Source of the DNA: Ramazzottius varieornatus
Lineage: Eukaryota; Animalia; Tardigrada
Direction of reading: 5' to 3'
Length of the DNA: 64,000 nt
Assembly (NCBI GenBank): GCA_001949185.1
Contig: BDGG01000001.1
Span: forward strand, 1,236,263 to 1,300,262
The translations under genes were made by a program, and so were the position numbers. Under the pieces are notes generated by a model. That model ran no database searches and was not told where the DNA came from. It was given only the letters and a program-made list of their open reading frames with translations. Positions 25,725 through 37,511 of this stretch are shown here, piece by piece (position 1 is the first letter of the stretch; each line of letters starts with the position of its first letter).

Positions 25725-26107
25725 CGTTGTAACTGTGCTGCGCACATTAGCAGGGTGCTGTACGCTGTGATCTGCTGCACAACTTTCATGCCCAGTGGCT
25801 AAGCAGCTGTGCTGCAGATGCACGTTGACCTGGTGCAACTGCGCGGAACGCCGATGTATTGACGAGGTTTGTAAATCAGTCAGCGAAATCGATAGTCAAC
25901 CTGGAGAACGTTGGCCTAAAGTACGGCAAAGCTGAGACGGCTGACGTTCGAATGCCCAAAAACTGTAAATTTTGTTAGGTTTCAGTAGGTGCATCTGCGC
26001 GGTAGTCTATGGCTTTCTGCTGTATGCTGTGCTGTGCCGCACAAATTTCGTCAATTCACGCGCTGCAACTGTGCTGCAGCACAGCACAGCTACAGTACAG
26101 CGCAACG
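25725..26107. repeat. Degenerate inverted-repeat element rich in GCTGTGCTG
   Basis: gcagatgcac (~25813) pairs with gtgcatctgc (~25990), and the termini cgttgtaactgtgctg / cagtacagcgcaacg are imperfectly complementary. Confidence 0.4.
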
Positions 26108-27743
26108 CATGCGACCAGATTCCGTGCTCTATTTGACACCTCCTCTGAGTTTTACCAGTGTGGGTTGACCATAGTGTAAAATATGCAAAGAGCAATAATA
26201 ACGAAAACGTCGAACAACGGTCTGAACACTGATTGGAGTAGAGGCAGCAGAAGCTCGACACGCCCATGGGATCGGACGACGTCACGCTTTACTAAAGAAT
26301 AAATTGAAAAACAAGTAACAAAATGTAGGAAACAAACCTGGTTCATGGTACGAGATCGCAGGTGAATTCTATCCTCAGGTTTCCTGACAACTTTTTTGTG
26401 GGTTTTCGAGAGCTTTTCAACCTGAGTGCAACGCTTGGAGTAGAAATACAACCGACATTTGAGGAAAAACTGAGCAAGTCCGAAGATCACGTTTGAACTA
26501 CCGCAACAGTCTACAGAGCCAAAATTCTCTTCTTTCCAAATCTTGAGGATAGTTTCCGAAGCGATCGGGGTAAAAGTCATGACAGGGTGTCCCAAAATGG
26601 CGTCATCGAACTTTGACCGGAAGACGTCCTCGAGATCGCGAATGAATGAAAAGGAGGACGGCGTTCTATTACGCAGCTAACCACGGTCTAGACTTTCAAC
26701 CCACTTTGCGATTATGTACGAATGAGTGCCGGATTTGGTCACGCGTGCGTTACTAGGAAAATGGATTCATTGATGTTGCGAAAGGGATCCAGTTCTAAGT
26801 CGGACGGTTGGGGAACCGCCGAAACTCGATACGAGATTGTAACGAGTATTGTCACCTCGGGGCACCGTGTTTCTCGGATTACCAACCCTCGAGATGATCT
26901 GGAGAAAATGATTAATGAAGTTGTAAAAACAAATGAAACATCACGTACTTTCTTCGCCGCGGACTCCATCAAATCTGGAAAATGATCTTATTGGTCAAAA
27001 GATATTTATTTCCACCAATCAAACCACTGTCTAAACCATTAAGCTCCGGCCCAGCGAAATGTTTTGTGGTGCGTGAGAGCTTATGCTTTATAGCGTCAGT
27101 GCGACAAGCACATGCCTACACCGCACATGCACAAACATAAGCAGAAAGTACGTACGTGCTTGTTACTCTCTGGCCGAAATCTCCTAGCTGTCATGCACCA
27201 CGATACATGTGCCATTCGGCGACGCGCACATGCATACAACCAGGTTAGCGGGATATGACTCGGTTTTGATGTCCACTAACCTGCAACGGAAACACCCACA
27301 GAGCGGAGCAGAACAAAGGGAAGACTCCAGGGAAGAGTGAGCAGCAGAACAAACGGCGACAGAAGAGGCCAGACAGACGACAAGAGCGATAAAGGTGACG
27401 ATGGGACAAGTCGAGGCTTCTTCGAGAAGCCTGCAAGAAACAGACGGTTAACCAGCAGATGGTCCACTCTCCACCGTCAAAGGCTCGAACCAAGCACTTA
27501 CTCGGTAAACAGAGGCAGAGGGATATAGTGGCATACAGGGGACGAAGATAGCAAGGGATGCCGGAGAGCAGGAAGATCTCGTAGCCTGCCGGTAATCTGA
27601 TGCAATACGCCATCAGCGCTAATCAATAATAAAAAACTTGACCAAACCTATCTGCGACATAGCTTTGTTGCCGTGTTCGATGAAAGCTGGATTTAGCTGT
27701 TGATTGATGGAACATTCAACACTATGGTCAACCCACACTGGTT

Positions 27744-30700
27744 TTACTCTTCTTCCGTTTCGTTTTCTGCAGCATTTCCATCGAGCTCTTCGGATGAACT
27801 CCTCGACTGATGGTCGGCCGCGTTCTTTTCTTCTCCTGTCAACTGCCAAGCAAAGGGGGGTTTCCGGTAAGGCGCACCACCGGGCTTGTGATATTTCATC
27901 GGCTCTGGACCTGATTCATACAGCAAAAAAAACACTTTGTCACTGACTGCGCTGTATAATCGATTTTATTTTTCCTCATGCCTGTGAGAGTCGACCTTTG
28001 GCGATTCTTTCCAGTATATTTCTTCTCCTGCCAGCTGCTCGACTTCTTGCAACTGATTCTCCAGCGTAAGCTGCTCCTTCGGCGTCAGCGGAACTGTACC
28101 ATGAAAGAGAAGGAAGTAAACACAATCCCACCGATCACACAGGAAACGTGCCGCTTTTAGCAACTTACTTCCCTCTTTGGCTTTCCTTCGAATCTTGCTG
28201 ATGTTTGTCACCCTCTTGATATTCGCGGCTTTGCACTGTTCGGTTCGCCGTGTCCATCTAGCACGATTCCGGGCGAGAAGCTCTTCTCTTGATACTTGCT
28301 CTTCCGGCGTCAAGGGTGGTATAAGAATTTCATGATCTAGCTTATCCAAGCCCAGAAACATTTTTCGCATCCATTTTCACCATTTGCCCTTACTTCCCGC
28401 CATCGCTTTAGCCCGTAACTTCGCCCTTTAACCCAGACCTCTTTTTCTTTCTTTCAGGTGCTGACTTTTTGTCTTCGTCCGTCGCTTTCTTGTTCTGTTT
28501 CCCTTCTAGACGAATAGAAATGTTAAACTATTAAAATTTAAATGGGATTTCGGCAGACAGACTCGATAAGAACGTTTGCTCAAGTGACGTATGTTTCCGG
28601 TGCTATCATTCGGACGCGTGCGCCACTTGAGCAACCTATCTTGGCGAGGCTGAGGGACCTAACGTCGCGTACTCTGTAATCATAGGATTGTTTGCGGAAG
28701 GTTCCTCTTCTGTCTCGACCTCTAATTCTGCGAGAAAAGACGTACGACACCGGTCCAAACAGTAAGAAACCAGGAAGCGCGCGCTCAGCTAGTGAGAACA
28801 CACTCTTCGCAACTTTGACCATTTTCCTGAGCCTTTTCGTGTCTTTATTGGCTTTTCGGCGTAGTAAAAGATGTTTTTCTCGTCGGGCTTCTTCTTCTGA
28901 GGTTAGAGGTACTGCAGAAAAAAAAAGTTCCAGAACAGACAAAACTGTTACCACACGAAAGCTACGCTGGCTGGAATAGGCACTTACGTCCTTGTACGAT
29001 TTTGGCCCTGATCGCCAATGGATGCTCCTTCAGTTTTACATATCTAAGCTGCGTTCCACTAAGATCTCCCGGCTTTCATCGGCTACGAGGAAACATGTTG
29101 ACAGTAGCGTTAAGCAGTCCACAAACAGCGCTCGTCCTGTACCGAGTTACAAGATCGCTTTTCCAAGCGGCACATTCTTACGGCAAATAACACTGCAAAC
29201 GTGCGGCACTTGGGGAAATAACCTTGTCGAGTTCACTAGTTGACCCTCCCACCCATATACCTGCGCCAGGTGCACATCGTCTTTCTATTGTTAGTCTCCG
29301 AGCCGCATTGATCTCTTTCTGCTCCAACGTAATGGCTGAATAAAATAACATGAAATAGTACCAAGCAGCGAACTGCAGTCTACTGTTCTCCCTACCACAT
29401 AAAGTGTACCTACCGCGAGTCTCGAAGTCCTGCTTTTCCTCATCCGTCATTCCTAAAATTAACAAACTACCGTACATTATGTAACATAAAATGGTCACGA
29501 TACGATAACTCAGAAAAAGTAACCTCACCTCCTCAATAATACCGTTCCCTCAAGTTGCGCCATTCGGTCAGTTCCTTCTTTGTCCGCCGAACCCTTTTCG
29601 ACGACACCACGCTTCCGCACTCCTTCCTCAACGATATTCTGCTTGTGAACTCCGGCACGTCTGGCAAGGAAGCTGCACCCTCACTTTCTGTAGGCTCATA
29701 TTGGAGAATGTCTGTGGGCTCTTCGGAAGCGGGCACCTCTGTCCGCGATATCTCGTCCGACGTTTCGGGTTCCTTCTCAGTTTTCTGGTTCAGTTTCCTG
29801 AGTTTGCTTTCTTTCCGATGAGAACGCGCGCAGTGTTCCGGATCGATATATCGGACGTATTGCACGGGCGGGCCGAATAGCTCGTCGTACACCTCAGCAC
29901 AGCCTTGTGGCCTGTTGACGAAAACCCGCAGTTCTGTCGACGGGGCAATATCTCGGACACTGAACAGGTAGATGGAACCATGTTGCTGGTACGCTATTAC
30001 ATTGACTTCTCTAAAGTTGGATGACGGCCGGACGAACCTGATCCAGTTGCAAAGGAAGTCGTCGCTCAAATCGTAGGCCTGAAACCAAGGAAGAAAAAAG
30101 GAGACCTGGACGATCAAGATCGTTTACTCCAAGTAGCGCATTCTGTCAGCCAATGAGACTGAAAACATGCGCCACCTGGAGAAACGGTCTTCTCGAGTCT
30201 ACTGAAGCAGCTGTTAATCTTTACATACATATAGCTTTTCCGTTTCCTCTGACCAAACATAGCGAAGAGTTTCCGCAAGTATTTCGCCCATACGAAGTAA
30301 GGGTGCGATTAAGGGTCCAAATAATGTCCATGCTTTGATGTGTTCCTTCGCGATTTATCGTGTCTCCTGCAATGAAAAATCTGAGTGGCATTCCGCTCTG
30401 CCAGTAACGGCCGAAAACGCACCTTTGTCCTCCTCCAGCACTTTAGTAAACTCGTATCTTTGAGAAGAATCGGGTACAGAAGAATACGCGAGTGGAATAG
30501 GTGGCTTATCGTAAATGATGCGTTCAACATCGGTGTGCTCGAAGCATGCTCCTTCTAGCATCTCCTCGCATTGTTCACAGTCTGCAAGAAATGCCACGAT
30601 ATTTCTGTTCATGCTGCCTGGCAGACCAGTAATTTGATAGTACTCACATAAGGAGATATTTACGGGAATCTGGTTAGCCATCACAGGCTTCAGGACAGCT

Positions 30701-30801
30701 TCCTTGTTTCCGGAGGTTGGCACCGTTGGATCAGCCTTCCGATTACTCACGATGAACGTTCCAACTGGGTGCACCATCTGGACACTCGCGGAGGCGCTCA
30801 T
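27744..30801 (-). pseudogene. PRDM-like copy 4, disrupted
   Basis: CEQC-x7-CFEH, WTLFGPLIAP and CNWIRFVRP. One-base insertion near 30355, TGA at 29533-29535 and a frameshift in the ~29040 exon. Three PLTxEE modules and a PYRKPPFAWQL last exon. Confidence 0.72.
28569..30190. repeat. Three separate intronic inverted-repeat units in copy 4 (28569-28641, 29152-29225, 30117-30190)
   Basis: caagtgacgta..tgcgccacttg; caagcggcaca..tgcggcacttg; caagtagcgca-N27-tgcgccacctg. Confidence 0.75.
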
Positions 30802-30989
30802 TCTGGATAGACGGGGCTTCTGCCATGCTGCTGGTAACCCACCATGTTACTCATGCGATAAAGTCGATTATCGTCCCGTCGAGTGCGGTGTCTCTTCTGT
30901 GGAACATGTTCAAAAAGGAGGAAGGAAAGACGCGATATCCGGATCGACGGAGGACATCAGTCTGGGCATTAGGTGTTCTTCCGTGTAAT

Positions 30990-31877
30990 CAGTACTCTCC
31001 GATGGTGAGGAATGCAAGAAAGGTGCGGGTACAAGGGTAGAGTACAAAGTTCCATCCAGAACCCTACCAGAGTGGGCGAAGCGTTCAACGCGGGTACTCA
31101 GACAAGAAAAGCCCAAGCGTGCCGATGGCAAGGTGGAGTGCAAGAAGGTTCCCCGGAAGCGCGTTCGCCGCGACGACAGTAACAAAGGAACTACAGACAC
31201 CATCAGTGCTAAAGCTCCTCTTCCGCGCCCTTTGAAAGACATGGAGGAGGAAATAGGACGGAAGCTGATCACAGGAAGTATGCATCAAATCCTTTTACAA
31301 GCTTGGTTAGTGACTTTAGTATTCAAACGGGAACAATGGTTGCAGTACCACGGACGCCCGAAGAGCAGCTGCGTCGCGAACAGGATCTGGTGCATCGACG
31401 TGCAAACAATGAGAAGTACAGGAGAAAAGACAGAATAGCTAAGGGTCGTGGTAAGTCACTGCCTCACCTTCTGTAATATATTCAGGAATGGGCTCGATCT
31501 CAACAACGGGGCATCGTAGTCGTAGCATACACCTCCACCGCTGTTGAGACCGAAGTGGGAACTGGCCGAAGGAATCAAACCAGATCGCTGTTCAAAGTGA
31601 CGCAGACTCTCATTGTTGTTGGCTGAGAGTATGCGTTACTTGGGAAAACGATCTTCTTGAGTTTGCTCGCCCATGTCTCAGCTGAGAATCTCCGTGTCCC
31701 TCACGGGATTTCGTTTCCCATTGATCATTTTAGGACGACCTTTTTCCGATTTACGTATTTCTTTTGATTGTAGATACTGAACCAGCGAAGATCGATAACC
31801 CAGGCTCGTTCAAGAAAGCACCGTTGTTTTCATGGCAGCTAGCGGAACAAGACAGTTCATCAGCCTCGTCCAAGTAG
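30990..31877 (+). pseudogene. Inverted fifth member of the PRDM-like family: linker and repeat exons only, no PR domain
   Basis: KVPRKRVRR linker, exon 31346-31450 PRTPEEQLRREQDLVHRRANNEKYRRKDRIAKG, last exon 31774-31877 KKAPLFSWQLAE. An inverted-repeat unit lies in its intron (31582-31654). Confidence 0.7.
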
Positions 31878-32110
31878 GCTGTCGTTGGAGATCTCGAAAT
31901 GATCGATGGATCGGACATATCCAAATCCCTCGCGATAGAAGCAGATCATGTCTTTCTCGATGGCGCAAGAGTCTTTTAGTGCGAAGTCCAAATCTGCTTC
32001 AGAATGGTCCATACCGACCGGGTATAGTTTCTGAGACGTGCTTCAAATTTATTCGTCGTCGATCCGTGTTTCCTATCGCTTGTGTGTACCATGTTTGTGC
32101 TGTTTTGCTA

Positions 32111-32549
32111 CAAGGGAACGAAGGTCGGTCTGAGAGTCCAAAACTCTTCCAAGTTTTTCCATCGAAAATACTCGGTCCTGACTACTGTTTCAAGGTAGTT
32201 TCAACTGCCGGTAACAATCTTCTGGCCTAAGAGAAAACTACGAATGCGTGGAGCTCTCTTGAAACCACNNNNNNNNNNNNNNNNNNNNNNNNNNNNNNNN
32301 NNNNNNNNNNNNNNNNNNTTTTTGTTGCTAGAGACGTCATGTTTCGGACGATACGAGACCGAGCAAACGTTGAAAAGTCAGACGTCCCACAGTGGTTTCA
32401 AGAGGGCTCCACGCATTCGTAATTTTCTCTTAGGCCAGAAGATTGTTTCCGGCAGTTGAAACTACCTTGAAACAGTAGTCAGGACCGAGTGTTCTTGATG
32501 GAAAAAGTTGGAAGAGTTTTGGACTCTCAGACCGACCATCGTTCCCTTG
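32111..32549. mobile_element. MITE/foldback element with ~160-bp TIRs and TA target duplication, spanning an assembly gap
   Basis: TA|caagggaacg...gaaaccac (to 32268) is the near-perfect reverse complement of gtggtttc...cgttcccttg|TA (32393-32549). N-run in between. Confidence 0.75.
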
Positions 32550-33315
32550 TAAGCAGCATTCGCGTGATTTGTACAGAGATCTTTTACGTATGGTGGGAGG
32601 TGGGACCGTTCTCATGTGATTTTTTAGGTTTTTTATGTGTACAATTCCACACACATACAGAACCCCGAATTCTTGTTGTTTTCAAACGAAGGTTAAATAA
32701 GCCTGAAAATTTCTCTTCGGTACCAAGGTTGGAATCTTCCACGACCAGATTTTCCGCACCGAAAACTTTTAGAATTATAATGAGATCTCCGAACCGGTCT
32801 TGTTCGAGGTTTCGCTTCGTGAAGGGCTAATAAGAAAACTATGTACGTCTCGTCCAACCTCCGAAATGCCGAACTCTCGCGGCGTGGTAGAAGAAAGCAT
32901 CCTTATATGCGTGGCAGCTGGCCCAGTCAACGATGAAACCGACAAGCGAAGCTGGTCGCGATGACCTAACCAGCTGCACAATTGACCGAATGACTTACCT
33001 TTCTCTTCTTCTAGCTCACTGCATTTCCGATGTTTGATACCGTATGGTACCGTATCACTGGTATGATTAATAACCAGAAAGAAAACGGTTCGCCGAATAC
33101 ACTCAAGCCAGACATGATCGATGGTCCAAAAGTGCAGTACGTACGCAGGAAATACATGGTATTATATTCAGGAATTCAAAGCTAATGAGATGAGTCGTAG
33201 GATGAACAGATGAAACTACTGTAACGTGAAACTATGAAGTGCAACCACGATCTCACCATTGTTTCAGCTCGGCTCTTTGCTTGGTTAATGTTCTGGCGGT
33301 TTGTGAATGGCGGCT

Positions 33316-33765
33316 TTACCAGCCCCTGTATCCAACCCCAACAATGTCACCATTCTGGACTCTTGACGCATCTGGCGTGACAATGCATCCAAGGCTGTCC
33401 ATGTTCGTCACCCGACGGAGCCAGTTTGTCGACGGTTCGTGCACTTGTAAAGCCGTACGCCCCATAGCGTTGTGACCGATGGGATTTAGGTTGCATCTGT
33501 AGATGTCCGATTCCGTCTTTCTGCCGCAGTTGCTGGTTTGATAAAGGCCGGGTGGAGCTGGTCCTCCAGGGGTGGGTATCCCCAGGAGACGAATGGTATG
33601 ACTTTTTAGCCCTGGATGAATACTAACCCCGAATGGCGATAGGTAAGTGGGAGTACCGGAATGAGCCGCCGAGTTACAGTCCGGCTTTGTCGATGGGCAA
33701 AATGTGCCATTGTTCGAGGACATAAAATCCTTCGAGAAGATGAAGTCCGGAGTGACTTTAGACAT
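33316..33765 (-). CDS. DUF2778/Tlde1-like L,D-transpeptidase-fold protein (149 aa, no coding introns)
   Basis: Motif order AHSG, GPAPPGLY, RCNLNP, GRTALQVH-x14-SLGCIV matches the AFSG / GPxPxGxY / GR..F.IH / SxGCI pattern I recall for DUF2778. ATG in accATG context. Confidence 0.7.
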   Translation of the reverse strand: MSKVTPDFIFSKDFMSSNNGTFCPSTKPDCNSAAHSGTPTYLSPFGVSIHPGLKSHTIRLLGIPTPGGPAPPGLYQTSNCGRKTESDIYRCNLNPIGHNAMGRTALQVHEPSTNWLRRVTNMDSLGCIVTPDASRVQNGDIVGVGYRGW

Positions 33766-35042
33766 GGTCAGGCGCCTAAGGAAGTGCCTCAGGAATCAGT
33801 CTAGCGCATAAACGTACCAAATGACAGTGCAGCAATCTTGGTCGCCGAAGACTTTACGAAATTGAGGAAAGGTACGCAGAAGTTTGCTCGTCAAATATAT
33901 GATTTTCACTGAAGTAAAAGCAGTCTATGATCTGGGCTTTGATATTTTATGGTGTCTGATGGAAAGTACCCAATCATATCGGTTGAACTTCGGAATAATA
34001 CGCCCTGACTCAACCAACGGAATTTCGATATCGTAGGTGAATTTCATTACGGACGTATGCCTTCACGGAGGTGCAACCACAGTATACGGCCTTTACTTTC
34101 TCTTTGTTTGATATTGAAAGTTGGAGCCTGTGAGGTAAACAGGTGCAGTTGTTCCCCGTAAATGAATCGTTCCTAATTTTCAACGTTATCAAGAAGGCTT
34201 CAGCTGATATATTGGGAAACGTCCTACGAAAGATAAGACGGACATTCCCCAAAGGCCCGTGAAAAACGTAGTGAACGCGCTAACGTCAGAAAAGGTCATA
34301 ACCGTTAATGTTGTTAATGTTGTTACCGTTAATGTTGGTTCGTGAGTTAGAATGGTCCTTAGTCTTTTTTACGTCCATTATGGCTGGGAAGTCCACCCCT
34401 GTCCTTTTCATGCTGTCCATGGACAATATGCAACCACGTTATGGTGCAATTTTTGTGCGTTGAATCGAGTAACTTTGAAGCTGTTCCTTCTGAGACACCA
34501 GACAGGGAACCGGAAATTATGAAATCAAGAGGTCGGAGATTGAAACTTCGGTGTATGTACTGTACGTACGTACGTGTGGTACATTCATAACAGGACAAGC
34601 GAGAGGACCTTGTTCAGCAATCTGCCACCTGAACGAGGGAGCATACTTGTACCACAGGGCACTATACTTAACTTTGTTATGTACCTCTTGATTTCATAAG
34701 TCCCGGCTCTCTGTCTAGTGTTTCAAAAGGAACACCAATTTGGGGTGATTTTCATTGGATCTGCCTGATATTTCAAGTATTCACCGTGGTTAATGACAAG
34801 TTTCAAACCTTTTGTTTCCATACGAATGAAGGGTATCACAGTGCATAAAACGAAAGCTGCACAGAAAAGTGAGAAACCAAGCAAACTGTGGCGAAGGAAA
34901 CGTTTGTATCACATGAAACTACCTATGTATCCAACTGGTAGAAATCAAGCTGAAAGAAAAGCCTGGTTCAATGGACAACGAGTACTCGTACGAATGGACA
35001 GTAGCAATCATGATCACGGGGAAGGAACCCGACGAGACACGT

Positions 35043-36926
35043 CTACTCGACGAGGTTGGTCAGTTCAGTCTGAAAGACTTGAACGCTTTGTTGATCGTAC
35101 AGAACGAAAATGATCTTCTCGTCTCGCGGTTCGTCAGCAGGTCTAGTCTGGAAATACTGCGAGATTGATCGTAGGATCGTCTGCGCGGCAGTCTGCTTCG
35201 GGAAATGATTTCTGAAAACGTCGAAAAGTCAGTTCAGATTTCCAGTGGAAACTTGAAAGTTCGCACCAGGAAGAACATGAACCGGTTCACCCGGAGCGTT
35301 CTTTCAAGTGGCGCACACCTTCGCTGTTACTGGTCGAGAGCGTGCGCCACTTGCAGAACGATCTGGGTGAAATCGTTTGCATATGTCCCAGATCACACTA
35401 TTGTCACCAAAGTTTGCCGTCCCTACGTACCCGCCACTCCCGATGTTGGGTATAGCCAGCGTCTTCAAGTTGTTCTCACGCATTCGATGCAGACAGCTTT
35501 TCACAGTGTCTTCCAGTCGCTGGACACAGTCCGGGTCGTTCCACGAAGGACTGTTGCAGTGGATGAGGTACGCGGCTTTAAGACCCGTGGTGGCGGGACC
35601 AGTCAGAACAGCTGTGAAGACCAAACGGATACCGGTTAGAAATGCTTCACGATAAGAGCTTGATATTTGACCAGACCGTTTCTCGAAGTGGCGCACTCGT
35701 TCAGCCAGTTACGCTGGAAACATGCGCCACTTGTAAAAACGAACTGGACAAAATCGTATTGTAAGTGGCGCAAGTTCCCAGTGCTTTCGGCTAAAAACTT
35801 GCAAGAGTCGTGGAAAAGCGGTCTTGTCAAATTTATTTGCCTAGGACAAATTTACTGTTCTGAACAAGCATTAACCTCCGTTGACGGGAATGGCCACGTT
35901 GGCGTGCTGAGCCAAGTTCTGTCGCAAGGCTTCTCCACCGACTTCGCTCAAACGACGCCCAACTTCCCCACCGAAACTGACCGAGTTGGCGGTGGGATGG
36001 ACGTAGCAATCAGCTTCGACGGCAGTGATGTCGGCTTTCAACACGGACAACTAAATAAAAGAAAATCAAGGCCCCTGAGACTTCAGGGAAAGAGGAAGTA
36101 AGATGGAGTGTTGTCAGTCTCACCTGGACACCGGTTCGAAGAGTTCGCTGGCTGAGAGTTTCCACGCCACCTTGTGTGGTTAGTGGCGCTGAAGTCTTCT
36201 TGGCGTACTTGCGTTTGGACTTTGTGACGACAAGAACTTTCTTCGGGGCTTTGACGCTGGATCCAGGGATAGTTGCCGAGGGCTGTCCAGACTTGCTGAA
36301 CGCGACAGCCGAGATTGTGGCGTTGATCTGGCCCAAGTTGTTTCCCCACAGGTTGCCACTTCCGGGTAGGATCATACCCCACCCTTTCAACAACTGGAGG
36401 AAAAGTAACGATGTTGGCCCTTTTCGTAACAAATCAAAGACTCAAACAAAGACTCACGGATCGAAGTTCATCGTCCCATTTGATGGCCGACATGATACAT
36501 TTCTGTCAAGGAAAATAGAAATGATAGAAGGCATACGATGGCAGATGTGGGAATATGCCAACCGGCGAGATACGTTTCTTCTTGAAATCTCTTGCAGCGT
36601 TGCCGGCTAGTTCCAAAATCTAACGAAAGGGAGGAGAGTGCAGTACGAGATGATAATTAGAGACTGTTATCAGGTATGAATGACTTACTTCCGCCACGAC
36701 ATATTCGATGGTTGAAGCCAAGTAGATCGCGCCGGAAGTGGCTATTCGCATCTTCCCGTTGACCAGGTGATGCCTCCTCATGTACCGCTGGATACGACGA
36801 ACCGGAAAAGTGACACCAGTCTTCTGTAGCATGTTTCGACCCTACAGCACCAGAAAAAGGGCGAAGATAAGAAAAATTTCCGTGTCAGTGATGACAGCCA
36901 GATTTGTACCCAGTTATTACCATCAT
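35043..36926 (-). CDS. MACROH2A: Histone variant macroH2A (H2A fold + basic linker + macro domain), multi-exon
   Basis: GVTFPVRRIQRYM, GAIYLASTIEYVVAE|ILELAGNAARDFKKKRISP, Lys-rich linker, macro domain ADIT..VHPT..GGEVG, IHCNSPSW, LAIPNIGSG and FPKQTAAQTILRSISQYF..FVLYD. Confidence 0.92.
35295..35825. repeat. Intronic inverted-repeat units in two macroH2A introns (35295-35364; 35673-35825 double)
   Basis: caagtggcgca-N27-tgcgccacttg; gaagtggcgca-N27-tgcgccacttg followed by a degenerate unit. Confidence 0.85.
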
Positions 36927-37248
36927 TCCTTTGGTGAACTCCGAGCTTCAGCACTCAACAACAACAGCGAGGAACCCTTGGAAATTTACAGCCTCAGCCC
37001 TTGAAATCTTTCTACGGAGAAGGAAACAAACAGAAACTAACCAAACGCGCACGAAGATACTGAACGATGGTTTATATGGAGAAAATGATCATGCAGCGCT
37101 TGATACAGTTGTTTGAAACTTTAAACTTGTTGCGATATGTTCGGCTTCGTTTGTTTACGCTCTGAGCCGTCCATGCCGCCATTCAAGACGATTGACGTAA
37201 TCGATTACTCATGCTCACAAGACGCGACACAATAACAATGAGCAATAC

Positions 37249-37269
37249 AGTACGTACGTACGTACGTAC
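37249..37269. repeat. (TACG)n microsatellite
   Basis: agtacgtacgtacgtacgtaca. Confidence 0.8.
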
Positions 37270-37511
37270 AGGAAACCATACGTTGCTTCACAAGAGCCAA
37301 GTCAGCGAACCCATCCCAGGAGCTGAAGAACGCACACACGCTCATCCGACCTTCAAACTCGCAGCAGGCAAGGTTCCCAGACCACAAACCAGCGCGGCAA
37401 CAAAACGCCAAGAGCATCAGGATGGCTTTACATAGAGAAGAGATTGAGTGAAAGAGGAAACAGATAAAATCAAGAGTGAAAATTTATGTTCTCGATTAAC
37501 TGCGACATTGT

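Noticed and set aside
26152-27613. ORFs between PRDM-like copies 3 and 4
   Set aside because: No recognisable motifs; cannot support a gene call.
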